Assembly (NCBI GenBank): GCA_951406725.2
Contig: OX597827.1
Location: 50,034,001 to 50,098,000, forward strand
Source of the DNA: Octopus vulgaris
Taxonomy: Eukaryota
Direction of reading: 5' to 3'
Length of the DNA stretch: 64,000 bases
The number at the start of each line of letters is the position of its first letter. Position 1 is the first letter of the stretch. A program made the position numbers and the translations under genes. Below the pieces are notes generated by a model, which was not told the origin of the DNA, made no database searches, and saw only the letters and a list, made by a program, of their open reading frames with translations. Positions 24,974-37,084 of this stretch are shown here, in pieces.

Positions 24974-25299
24974 CGTGGCATGTAAAAGGGCACCATTTGA
25001 GCGTGATCGTTACCAATGTCGCTTCACTGGCACCTGTGCTGGTGGCACGTGTAAAAAGATTTGAGTGAGGTCATTGCCAGTACCGCCTGACTGGCCCCCA
25101 TGCCGGTGGCATGTAAAAAGCACCCACTACACTCTCCGAGTGGTTGGCGTTAGGAAGGGCATCCAGCTGTAGAAACTTTGCCAGATCAGGATTGGAACCT
25201 GGTGCAGCCATCTGGTTTGCCAGTCCTCAGTCAAAATCGTCGAACCCATGCTAGCATGGAAAGCGGACGTTAAACGATGATGATGATGATGATGATGAT
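24974..25299 (+). mobile_element. RTE tail copy
   Basis: Conserved tail ending in (gat)n. Confidence 0.85.
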
Positions 25300-26395
25300 G
25301 GCATCAACATGGAGAAAGATGATTGTGTTTGTATGGACATGTGAGGTGAATTGGTAATAAATACTGAGTCAAAATGTGCTGTGGATTGAGCATCTTTGAA
25401 GAAAAGGATGACTGAGTAAAACAGGGAAAGTGGTGCGGTCAGAGCCTAGGATGCTGGACTTCAGAGAGCAGGTAACAAAAATCTGTGTTAGCAAGTGATA
25501 TGCTGTACTGCAGATCTATGCAAAGTCAGCAACAGATTTTCCAGTCATTATTAAACCTTGATCTGTATTATTCCCACCAAAAGCTTTTAACTAACTTTTT
25601 AGATTTTGATTTAAATACAAGATACAAAATAACTCCATTCCAGTAGTTTACGTTTAACCAAACTTGTATTCTGAAGCAGAAATGTATTTTGTAAACAGAT
25701 TCAAGATATGAATTACTTGATCTATACTTAAGTATATTATCATGTGATAATGTGATAATGTGTAAGACTGAAGTGTTATGAATTTGTATTTCATTTCTGA
25801 AACTAAACTACACTCTCAGCAAGACACAAAGTCTGCACTACTAAACCCCCCCTTTTTTTCGTTACATACACGCGCACACATATACACACATTGCTTAAAC
25901 ATATACATCACTCTTACACACATTCAATCTACTCGCCACTAATACTACCACGACACTGGACACACACACACACTACTACTCAACACACGCTGGCACGCTA
26001 CATACGCCCCCACCCCTTCCCCCCTCCCTTCCTCCTTCCTCCCTTTTCTCACTACTGACCTTTGTCTGCTATGCTGCTGCTATGCTGACCACCGTCTCGC
26101 CCTACCTCACACGCCTACACACAGACGCACACACTAACACATACATATATTTTTTGTTTTTTTTACCTCGCCTCACACACACACATACACACACGCACAC
26201 GCACACACTCACACATACACACACATCTGTTGCGTTACCAACCTTGTCTCCACTCTTTTGCCTTTAAAAACCCACTTTGCTCTTGTTATCGTAAACATCC
26301 GCCTTTCACCATGTGCTACTCCTAACACCAGCCGTTTTTTCTCTATCTCCGTTGCCCGCTCCGGGATCTTTCTTTCCTCTCTCTTCCTTCTTTAT

Positions 26396-26430
26396 GTTTC
26401 CGACGAAGAGCTCCGCTCGAAACGTCATAC
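26396..26430 (+). ncRNA. Minimal hammerhead-like motif in a probable Penelope-type terminal-repeat remnant (about 25850-26520)
   Basis: gttt CCGACGA a gagc tcc gctc GAAA cg TC atac; palindromic stem III (ACGT). Confidence 0.5.
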
Positions 26431-26520
26431 CTCCCTGCTTCCATTTCCTGAGCGCCTATTAATAATAATACTGTAATTGTTCCATTGTTTTTGTTTTTTT
26501 GTTTCCCGTTTGGATTAAAA

Positions 26521-26521
26521 T

Positions 26522-26558
<37 letters not shown>

Positions 26559-26815
26559 GGGGGGGCGCAGAGATCAGAACTAATTTAACAGAAAATGGAT
26601 AGGTAATTTGTTGATTTATTGCAGTGATTACCATCTTATCTCAAACAAGCTGAAATTAATTCCCTTGATACATTGGTTTTCAATAAAATTATGATCTGCT
26701 TCCTCAAATGCAGTAAACATGAATTACAATTGTTTCAAGGTCCTTTTGCATGTATATATACATGTAGCTGTAGGTACATACATATATGTATGTATATATG
26801 CATGTTTTATTTTTA

Positions 26816-26867
<52 letters not shown>

Positions 26868-27054
26868 GGGGCGCAGAGATCAGAACTAATTTAACAGAAA
26901 ATGGATAGGTAATTTGTTGATTTATTGCAGTGATTACCATCTTATCTCAAACAAGCTGAAATTAATTCCCTTGATACATTGGTTTTCAATAAAATTATGA
27001 TCTGCTTCCTCAAATGCAGTAAACATGAATTACAATTGTTTCAAGGTCCTTTTG
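26521..27054. repeat. ~230 bp near-identical direct duplication
   Basis: (ta)n(ga)n gggcgcagagatcagaac...tttcaaggtccttttg occurs twice with a ~70 bp spacer. Confidence 0.9.
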
Positions 27055-27175
27055 AATATTAATCAAAAGTCATTCAGTAATAACATTTGATTATAAACTG
27101 ATTATATAATTAAAAATTGTATGTTTTTTAATAAAAAAAAAACACAATTTATTTTATAAAACATAAAAGGATAAG

Positions 27176-27593
27176 GGATCTTTTCGGTTTGAACAGCAGT
27201 TTTTAACTGACATCTATTGAGGTAAAAAACATTCTGTGCCGTATGAATATGTCCCACGTTTAAGAAACAGATTGGGTTTATCTCTTGGCTTTATTGAGTA
27301 AATTCTATAGTTTGTAAGATATTTGTTTTTTTTCTTCAACTTCTGCAATTTCAACCAATCACTGACGTCTATTGAGGTAAAAACATTCTGTGCCGTATGA
27401 ATATGTCCCACGTTTAAGAAACAGATTGGGTTTATTTTACATTTGTGAAGAAAAAAAGATACCCTTCCCCCCACCCCTAACCCTAATCCTAAAAGAGATT
27501 GAAATGCAATAGATCGATACTAGGGTCATAATTATGGGTGACAATTTCATATGACACTGCTAAAAAAAACTCCCGTTCAAACTGAAAAGATCC
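27176..27593. mobile_element. MITE with GGATCTTTTCGGTTTGAAC TIRs and 8-bp TSD
   Basis: TSD aggataag at 27168-27175 and 27594-27601; internal ccctaaccctaa. Confidence 0.9.
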
Positions 27594-27749
27594 AGGATAA
27601 GTTATATAGTTTTATCAAGTTTACAACATTATTGTATGGCAAATACAACTATGTTATCAACGTAGCTATGAAAATACAATTTAATGGTAACTGTTTGCTA
27701 TAATTAAGAATGGAGTAAGAGATGATTCTATGTTTGATGGTTTCCCAAA

Positions 27750-28040
27750 TGCCAATGCCGCCTAGACTGGCTTCCATGCCAGTGGCACATAAAAAGCACC
27801 AATCTGATCGTGGCCGTTGCCAGCTTCGCCTGGCACCTGTGCCGGTGGCACGTAAAAAGCACCCACTACACTCACGGAGTGGTTGGAGTTAGGAAGGGCA
27901 TCCAGCTGTAGAAACACTGCCAGATCAGACTGGAGCCTGGTGCAGCCTTCTGGCTTCCCAGATTCCTAGTCAGACCGTCCAACCCATGCTAGCATGGAGA
28001 ACGGACGTTAAACGATGATGATGATGATGATGATGATGAT
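27750..28040 (+). mobile_element. RTE tail copy
   Basis: Conserved tail about 60 bp from the exon donor. Confidence 0.85.
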
Positions 28041-28100
28041 TGAACAGGGTAAACTGAAGCAACTAGATAAAACATTGTTTAATAATGAAATATAACTTAC

Positions 28101-28734
28101 CTTCTACACAATGTCCTCTACCTCCACAGGCACGCAAACAGTTTCCACGCCCATTACAATAAAGAGTTTCTCTTACAACAATTATGTTTCGTTGTGGAGT
28201 TGTTGCTGTGTTATAAAACATGTCTCTTAAGTAATTTTCACCTTTGACAACATGAACGTAACCTGATTTAACACAACGACCACCTCTGACAATATTAGTA
28301 TGATGAAAGTCTGGAATCGACTCGAGGAACAACTGTAAGTCCTCTTGCTTCACTTGCCCTATATCTACATCTCTAGGAGAAGATTGCATTTGATAGTCAT
28401 CGGGCAATATTGGAACTTCGGATGTAAGTAATCTTGATGGTGATTGATCTGTTTTTGAAGATGAATACACATTTGAGTTTAAATTTGAATGATTAGAATT
28501 TGCCATTTCTGCTGCAACTGCAGCTGATGCTGCAGCCGTGGCTGCTTCAACATGAGCTTCTAAGGTTGCAGGGTCCATACATTCATCATGAAATTCAGAT
28601 GACTTTTGTTTTTTAGAAGTTCTTTTATAGATATGAGGATCGACATATGGTTGATTCTGATGGTAATACTGACCATGTTGTTTCAGTTTCATTTTGGATT
28701 TCCGACCTTGCCCTTTACTTTTAGCAGGAGACAT
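28101..28734 (-). CDS. Host gene, first coding exon (MSPAKSKGQGRKSK...CNGRGNCLRACGGRGHCVE-G); uncharacterised putative nuclear zinc-binding protein
   Basis: Non-repetitive 223-aa ORF with a basic N-terminus and poly-Ala tract. Donor GAAG|GTAAGT at 28101/28100 (phase 1); acceptor ttttatttctttcAG| at 28955 gives a 5'UTR part to 28954. Confidence 0.85.
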
Positions 28735-29094
28735 TGATTTGTAAAATAAAAGTCACAAAAATTTTGTATTCTATTGACACCATTAAAGCTTAACTTCTTT
28801 TTGACATCATATTTTTTGTACTACATTTCTAAGATTTTTATTTTGAATTAAAATAATATTTAAGGAAAATCCGTTATGTTGCCTTTATAATTTATTGTAT
28901 ATCTGCATTCATTCAGTGTGACTGGCAACACAGCATGTAATCACAATAAGGAATCTGAAAGAAATAAAAATATATCACTAAGTATGTATTTCAAAAGCAC
29001 AAAGTATAGAATATTTTGTCAGATAAAAGTCTCTCATTTTCACAAAATTAACACTAACATTTGCAAGTTAAAACATAATCTTGGATATACATAT

Positions 29095-29466
29095 TACTCT
29101 TTTACTTGTTTCAGTCATTTGACTGCGGCCATGCTGGAGCACCGCCTTTAGTCGAGCAATTCGACCCCGGGACTTATTCTTTGTAAGCCCAGTACTTATT
29201 CTATCGGTCTCTTAAGTGACGGGGACGTAAACACACCAGCATCGGTTGTCAAGCGATGTTGGGGGGGGGGGGGAGACAAACACACACACATATATATATA
29301 CATGTATACGACAGGCTTCTTTCAGTTTCCGTCTACCAAATCCACTCACAAGGCATTGGTCGGCCCGGGGCTATAGTAGAAGACGCTTGCCCAAGATGCC
29401 ATGCAGTGGGACTGAACCCGGAACCATGTGGTTGGTTAGCAAGCTACTTACCACACAGCCACTCCT
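29095..29466 (-). mobile_element. SINE family A
   Basis: Near full-length copy. Confidence 0.9.
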
Positions 29467-30516
29467 GAAATAGATATTTTTCTACGATGTTATGAGTTTT
29501 ACAGTGTCAAACAAGAGCTTTTTTAATCTTTTTGTTACCATATTTATGTTGAAATACACTGCCTTTGTTTCACTTGATTTTGAAAATAATGAGGAATTCT
29601 GTAAAATAAGTTTGTCATTATTAATGTGGCATTTGGAAGATGTATTGAAACATTTTGAAGGGAGGTTTTAATTTAGATACTTTTATAACATGAAGTTGGG
29701 ATATGAAATATTAAATCAAAGCATAACACTTGTCACAGCTTGGCTGACCAAATACTGTTAAGAATGCAAATGTCCAATTCTATCTCATTATTATTATTAT
29801 GAGGGTACCCATTAAACGATGTGTAGTTTAACGTCCTGTTTTTTCTCATGTATACCGAAAAGTAATTGAAAGTATCAATAACCAGTTTTACATATATTTA
29901 CTTAAATATATATATACATAGAAAAATATAGTGTACATTTAAACACAAAAGAGATGACCATAATAGGAAACATTGCCAGATCAGACTGGGCCTGGCGCAG
30001 CCTTCTGGCTTCCCAGACCCCAGTTGAACCGTCCAACCCATGCTAGCATGGAAAACGGACGTTAAACGATGATGATGATGATGATGAACTCATTTTGGTC
30101 AGCATAAATTCTTATCTTGTTTGGGTCTCCGACCCTGCTTATAGCAATGTATAATTGACTGTGAGTGAAAACTGGGTTTGGTAAGTAAATGCTGCATTTT
30201 CACAGACTCTGTTCTTGGCTTTAATTTATGGAAATTGCAAAAGCCTGTCTTATTGGAAATTGGCGTTTTTGTAATGTGAAGCGTAAGTCAGAACCAGAAG
30301 GCATTAAACTGATCCAATTTGTCCCACATCAACTGCAGTCAAATTTTTTGAAGTTACAAGTTTATACCTTGTGCCATCTTATTTTGATAAGCATGGTACT
30401 TATTCTATCAGTGTCTTCTTGTCAAACCAGTAAGTTATGGGGATGTAAATAAACAAACAGCAGTTGTGAGGGAAAAACACAGAGACAAAGACAGACACAT
30501 ACATTTACATATATAC

Positions 30517-32686
30517 ATCATCATCATCATCATCGTTTAGCGTCCGTTTTCCATGCTAGCATGGGTTGGACGGTTCTACTGGGGTCTGTGAAGCCAGAAG
30601 GCTTCATCAGGCCCAGTCAAATCTGGCAGTGTTTCTACGGCTGGATGCCCTTCCTAACGCCAACCACTCCGTGAGTGTAGTGGGTGCTTTTTACGTGCCA
30701 CCCGCACAGGTGCCAGACAGAGCTGGCAAACGGCCACGAAAGGATGGTGCTTTTTATGTGCCACCGGCACAAGGGCCAGGCGAGGCTGGCAACGGACACG
30801 AAACGGGGCGGTGCTGGCAACGGTCACGAAACGGAAGGTTCTCTTACATGCCACCGGCACTGGTAACACATCTGCAATTTCCATTGATCGATTTCCATTC
30901 TGATCTTCACTTGCCTCAACGGGTCTTCACAAGTAGAGTTTCGACATGCCACCGGCACTGGTAACACATCTGCAATTTCCATTGATCGATTTCGATTCTG
31001 ATCCTCACTTGCCTCAACAGGTCTTCACAAGTAGAGTTTTGTGTCCCAAGAAGGGAAGGTATGCATACGTAGGCTGGCTCCATCCCAAGTAGAAGGCCAC
31101 GGGTTATGGACTCACTTGTCCTGCTGGGTCTTCTCGCGCACAGCACACTTCCAGAGGACTCGGTCTCTAGTCATTTCCTCAGTGAGACCTAAAGTTCGAA
31201 GGTCGTGCTTCACCACCTCGTCCCAGGTTTTCCTGGGTCTGCCTTTTCCACAGGTTCCCTCAACCGCTAGGGTGTGGCACTTTTTCACACAACTATCTTC
31301 ATCCATTCTCGCCACATGACCATACCAGCGCAATCGTCTCTCTTGCACACCACAACTGATGCTTCTTAGGTCCAGCTTTTCTCTCAAGGTACTTACACTC
31401 TGTCGATTATGAACACTGACATTACACATCCATCGGAGCATACTGGCTTCATTTCTTGCGAGCTTACGCATATCCTCAGCAGTCACGGCCCATGTTTCAC
31501 TGCCATGTAGCATGGCTGTTCGTACACACGCATCATACAGTCTGCCTTTCACTCTGTGCGAGAGGCCTTTTGTCACCAGCAGGGGTAAGAGCTCTCTGAA
31601 CTTTGCCCAAGCTATTCTTACTCTAGCAGTTACACTTTCAGCACACCCGCCCCCGCTGCTGACTTGGTCACCTAGGTAACGGAAACTATCAACTATTTCT
31701 AGTTTTTCTCCCTGGAAAGTGACGGAAGTTGGTCTCAGAGCATTTTCAGTGTTTATTGTTCCTGAGCATCTGCCACATACAAAAACCATCTTCCTAGTTA
31801 GCCTTCCTTTGACATTGCTGCACCTCTTATGTGTCCATAGCTTACACTTGGTGCATCTTATAGAGTTTCTACCTACACCTTTTCTACAGATCGAGCAGGG
31901 CCATCTACCTGAAAGCGTTTGTGATTTGTCTACCTTCCTACTGATTACGACTTTGGTTTTAGCTAGATTGACTCTGAGGCCCTTCGATTCTAATCCTTGT
32001 TTCCACACCTGAAACTTCTCCTCCAGTTCTGATAGCGACTCAGCAATTAGAGCAAGGTCATCAGCATAGAGGAGCTCCCAAGGGCATCCTGACTTGAATT
32101 CCTCCGTTATTGCCTGGAGGACTATGATAAATAGGAGGGGGCTGAGTACTGAGCCTTGGTGGACCCCTACCTCTACCCGGAATTCTTCACTGTACTCGTT
32201 TCCAACCCTCACCCTACTAGCAGCGTCCCTATACATGGCCCGCACAGCTCTCACTAACCATTCATCTATCCCTAGTTTCCTCATTGCCCACCAGATAAGG
32301 GATCGGGGGACTCTGTCGAAGGCTTTCTCCATGTCAACAAAAGCCAGGTACAGGGGCTTATCTTTGGCTAGGTATTTCTCCTGCAGCTGCCTTACCAGGA
32401 ATATAGCATCAGTAGTACTTTTCCCTGGCACAAACCCAAACTGCATCTCATCTAAACTAACTCTCTCTCTAATTAGTTGGGCTATGACCCTCTCCGTAAC
32501 CTTCATCACCTGATCCAACAGCTTGATACCTCTGTAATTATTTGTATCTAGGGCGTCACCTTTACCTTTGTAGCAGTTGACTATTATGCTGCTACACCAG
32601 TCATTGGGTATGACTCCTTTGTGTATCACCTGATTAACTATATGGGTGACTAGGCTATAGCCGACGCTACCAGACATTTTGAGCAT
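30517..32686 (-). mobile_element. 5'-truncated RTE-clade LINE with uninterrupted RT ORF and complete 3'UTR
   Basis: ORF 31112-32686, followed by the 3'UTR and (gat)n tail. Confidence 0.95.
31112..32686 (-). CDS. RTE reverse transcriptase (partial ORF2, 524 aa) with a PHD-like Cys/His insertion
   Basis: NYRGIKLL, QFGFVPGKSTTDAIF, FVDMEKAFD, GVHQGSVLSP, LLYADD, FRYLG; CSIC..CTKCKLWTHKRC..CGRC. The N-terminal endonuclease is absent. Confidence 0.93.
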   Translation of the reverse strand: MLKMSGSVGYSLVTHIVNQVIHKGVIPNDWCSSIIVNCYKGKGDALDTNNYRGIKLLDQVMKVTERVIAQLIRERVSLDEMQFGFVPGKSTTDAIFLVRQLQEKYLAKDKPLYLAFVDMEKAFDRVPRSLIWWAMRKLGIDEWLVRAVRAMYRDAASRVRVGNEYSEEFRVEVGVHQGSVLSPLLFIIVLQAITEEFKSGCPWELLYADDLALIAESLSELEEKFQVWKQGLESKGLRVNLAKTKVVISRKVDKSQTLSGRWPCSICRKGVGRNSIRCTKCKLWTHKRCSNVKGRLTRKMVFVCGRCSGTINTENALRPTSVTFQGEKLEIVDSFRYLGDQVSSGGGCAESVTARVRIAWAKFRELLPLLVTKGLSHRVKGRLYDACVRTAMLHGSETWAVTAEDMRKLARNEASMLRWMCNVSVHNRQSVSTLREKLDLRSISCGVQERRLRWYGHVARMDEDSCVKKCHTLAVEGTCGKGRPRKTWDEVVKHDLRTLGLTEEMTRDRVLWKCAVREKTQQDK

Positions 32687-33482
32687 ATGATTGATTTCTT
32701 TCAGTTTCTGTCTATGAAATCCATATATATATATATATAAGTAAATAAATGGAGTTGAACGCAGGTGTTGTAGCTACATCCTTGTTACTTGTGTAAATTT
32801 TGCTACCCTAGTAACTGTTTATTGAATTTTCTGTGTTAACTGGAAACAAAAGATAATTCATTCATCCATTTATATATATATATTATATAAAATCCATTCT
32901 GTCTGTGTCTTCTAGGATCTCGGGCGTCATCCATCTGATTGCGCTCAAATTTGATATAGAGATACCAACGGTATCAGGGCGTGCATAAGTTTCGATAAAA
33001 TTACAAAAATCGATTCCAGGTGAGAATGTGATCGATAAAGCTGTGGGAATGTGCATTTGTACATGCAAGTACATCAGTTGTTGCAATCGATACTACACAT
33101 ATGCGAGAAAAATGCATGTGCAGTTTGTGCAAAAAAAGCCGGCTGGCTTGAAATAATGCCACAAAATGCAGTATATTTAAGAGACCAAAAAAGTAATTCT
33201 TTGGTGTTGGCAGCAAGGGACTGTGTTATTGATATTTTATTATAGAAGACAAGTAGGAGAGGCTGGGCAAAAATTGTGAACAGTGCAGTGGCAGCCAAAA
33301 GAAACTGGTAGATGACCATGAAAAGTATGGTGACATTCAAGAGAGACAGCTACATCAGGGAAGGCAAATCTGATGGCTATGGTGAGCAAAAACCAGCTCT
33401 TTTGAGGTACTGGTTATAAGCATCGTCTAGGGTAGTATGAAGTTGTGTAATAGAGCTTGGAGAGGCAGCATAGTTTTTTATT

Positions 33483-33752
33483 GTTTTATTTGTTACAGTT
33501 ATGTGACTACAACCATGCTGGAGCACCACTGCTGGGCGAAAAAATTGACCACAGAATTTGTTCTATGTAAGTCTAGTACTTATTCTATCAGTAGCTTTTG
33601 CCAAACCACTAAGTTATGGGAACGTAAACGCAGCAACATCGGTTGTCAAGCAATGGTGGGTACAAACTCAGACACACACACAAACAAATATATACATATA
33701 TACGACAGTTGTCTTTCAGCTTCTGTAGATGAAATCCACTCACAAGGCTATG
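33483..33752 (-). mobile_element. Diverged partial SINE family A
   Basis: ccatgctggagcaccac..agtacttattctatc..aaatccactcacaaggc. Confidence 0.7.
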
Positions 33753-34187
33753 GTGTCTAAGAATTGTGTACAGGCTACCCCACACAATTCTTAGACACCA
33801 TAAACATATGCACCTTACTTTATACCATAGCCAATCCTTAAAACCCCACCTACCTCACTCTATCTACCTCTCTTTCTATTTATTTTATATTCTTTACTTT
33901 TACCAATTCATAGCCACCTCCACTACCATTCTGTTATTGAACATTGATATGTTCGCGTCTTTTTCTTGGGATCTCTACCATATCAGGATTTTAACCAGCA
34001 TGCATATACACAGGATTGCACCCAAGGACTCATGCTCTGGTGTCTATAACTTTGGAAAGTTGAACTATGAACTTTTATGCTTCTTTTTTCTTCTTTCTTT
34101 CAATCTCTTTATTCTTTTACTCCCTTCCTCTATGTTATCATCTTATTAATATATAGCATTCTCATTTTCCTTATTTTCCCCCTATTT

Positions 34188-34243
34188 ATCTCTGACAACG
34201 GAATATCCCATACTCGGGGATGTCTCAGAAACAGCTATAAGAT
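34188..34243 (+). ncRNA. Degenerate hammerhead-like motif in a probable Penelope remnant (about 33765-34480)
   Basis: atct CTGACAA ..atatccc/ggggatgt.. GAAA cagcta TA agat; upstream GYPTQFLDTIN resembles the PLE NGYP motif. Confidence 0.4.
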
Positions 34244-35169
34244 TTTGAATTTCTTCCTGTAATAATATTGTATATGAATTGAGATATTTGCCTTGCCTTA
34301 ATGTTTGATGTCCCGTTTAACAATTGCTTATCCACTGCATCGGAAATCTACAATGGCTCCATAACTACTGTCTCGGCTATAACCTTGGAACCCCAGTAAT
34401 CCATTACAGCACTTACCTTGCGTACCTTATCACCTGTGAACTAACCCCCCATACTTTATATATCTATCTATCTATCTATACACACACAACACACATTATA
34501 TATATGAATTATATATATTTATATACATTATATATATATATACACACATATATATATCATCATCATCATCATCATCATTTAGCGTCCGTTTTCCATGCTA
34601 GCATGAACACAATAAATATCTGATTAATAATATCTGTTATCATGATTGTGTGCTGCTGGTGGGTGATAATAATTCACTATTCTAAAAGCTCTGTGGCGGG
34701 AATATTTAAACGTTAAGAGAGTGAAATGCATTTTCAACACAATATAATTAGTTACTATTCTATTCCTCATTTGATTTGGTTGTTATTTCTAGAACATAGA
34801 GGAAAACTGGCAGCTGCCATGGCTTTCTCTCTATAGATACAGACAGACGTACAGAGAGAGAGAGTGGAAGCTGTCAGATGCTGTTGTAGAGGCAGAGTGA
34901 AGGGAAGAGAGGCAAGAGAGAGATTGAGGAAGAGAGGCTGATAGGTAGAAAGTGAGGACAAACAAGTCAAAGTCCATTTTAAAGATGAGGAATTTTGCCC
35001 TAGCGGCCACACCTTTCAAGTGAGCAAACTCAAAGTTGCCATGCATACTCCCCACACTTTTAACATAGGTGAGCAAATTTTCAGGTCAATCCGACCACAT
35101 TTACTAACACTTTTGCCTGCACCACTGCTTATGAGACAATGTCCGCCCTTTTTACAAATATATATTAGA

Positions 35170-36022
35170 TTATTACATTTCATACCCTGTAGTCTGGCTG
35201 ACTGTTGGGGCACCATTGATGACTTTGCAATCAGATCCTTCCACCCGTCTCTCTTCTACCTCTCTCATCTTTAGGCCTGTCCACTCACATATTTTCCCAC
35301 CTCTTTCTCTGTCTTCCACCTTTGCCTGTTCCCTGTATAATTGTTTTGGCCATCCCTGATGAACAAGTGACATGTCCAAACCACCTGAGCTTGTTTATAT
35401 ACTGTGGTAAGAAGTTCCTCATAAGGCCCTATTGCCTGCTTTATTCTTCTTTTCACTTCCTCATTTGTGACATGATCTCTATATGATATTCCTAAAAGTC
35501 TCCTGAAACAGTTCATCTCTGTCACCTGGATTCTTCTTTCGTTTTCTGCTGTCAGTATCCATATCTCACAGTGTACAGGAATATCAAGATCACTAGTGAT
35601 ATTCCTAAAAGTCTCCTGAAACATTTCATCTCTGTCACCTGGATTCTTCTTTCGTTTTCTGCTGTCAGTATCCATATCTCACAGTGTACAGGAATATCAA
35701 GATCACTAGTGATCTCATTAACCTAATTTTGGAGCTCAGTGAGATATTTCTGTCTTTCCACAACGCTCAAAATTTGGTCATTGATGTTGTTATTTTGGCA
35801 ATGTAGGATATCACTTCAGGCTTGGAGCCTTGGCCACTCACTACCACCCAAGATGTTTTAAGTTTTCAACTTGTTCAAGCTCAACTCCATTGATGCTTAT
35901 GTTAGTACAGATTCCGTTTGTCATAACTTTTGTTTTCTCTGTACTTATCTCCATGCCAAATTCATTGGTGATCTTATCTAGTCGTTTCAATTCTTGTTCT
36001 GAGTCTGCCAGTCCGACAATGC
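35170..36022 (-). mobile_element. Degenerate RTE-clade LINE ORF2 3' fragment with internal ~114 bp tandem duplication
   Basis: CEIWILTAENERRIQVTEMNCFRRLLGISYRDHVTNEEV; tgatattcctaaaagtctcctgaaac at about 35484 and 35598. Confidence 0.85.
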
Positions 36023-36038
36023 CATCATATATATATAT

Positions 36039-36427
36039 ACTCTTTTACTTGTTTCAGTCATTTTGACTGCGGCCATGCTGGAGCACCGCCTTTAATCGAG
36101 CAACTCGACCCCGGGACTTATTCTTTTGAAAGCCCAGTACTTATTCTATCGGTCTCTTTTGCCGAACGGCTAAGTAACGGGGGACATAAACACACCAGCA
36201 TCGGTTGTCAAGCAATGCTAGGGGGACAAACACACACACGCATATATATATATATACATATATATATACGACGGGCTTCTTTCAGTTTCCGTCTACCAAA
36301 TCCACTCACAAAGGCTTTGGTCGGCCCGAGGCTATAGTAGAAGACACTTACCCAAGGTGTCACGCAGTGGGACTGAACCCGGAACCATGTGGTTGGTAAA
36401 CAAGCTACTTACCACACAGCCACTCCT
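36039..36427 (-). mobile_element. SINE family A
   Basis: Near full-length copy. Confidence 0.9.
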
Positions 36428-37013
36428 ATATATATATATGTACAGAGAGAGACACATGTATTTCAAAAGGTACAGTATGTTTATGTGTGTACATATTTAT
36501 CTTGCTTATTTCCTGCTAAAGAGTCAGGTAAAATGCTTTTGCAGTAAATCTTTCGACTTAACATTCTGACAGCAACATCTACTACGACACGAGAGCTAAG
36601 CCGTATCAGCCAAGCCTGTCGACTTTCTCTTGGAAAACATTGGTAGCAAGAAGGTAGACTAGCATGCATGAGCAACTACCAATTTTCCAAAAGATCATCT
36701 TGCCCAGGCCAGTGACGTTCATGAGATGTATGGTGAATCTTGCACGGTTTATATCTGAGTGAATTATTCACTAAGTTTATTTAGGACGATTTACACCTTA
36801 TATTTAATATATTTGTAACATATACCCATCTATGTATATAATCTCTATAAACAGAATAATTCGAATGAATGCTTATAACTTTTGGTAAAATAGAAGTTTA
36901 TACAATATTAGCATATGTCAATTACATATGGGATAACTGTGCCTCAAAGGGGGAAAAAACGATACGGAAGTGGGAGGGAGGGTTAAAATATATTAAAAAA
37001 ATATTTTTGGAAG

Positions 37014-37084
37014 GTAAAGAATACGCACACCACCCGTTTTCGGCGTAACCCTAACCCTAAACACCGGGTGTGCGTATTCTTTAC
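37014..37084. repeat. Mini inverted-repeat element enclosing telomere-type repeats
   Basis: gtaaagaatacgcacacc ... taaccctaaccctaa ... ggtgtgcgtattctttac (18-bp perfect arms). Confidence 0.8.
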
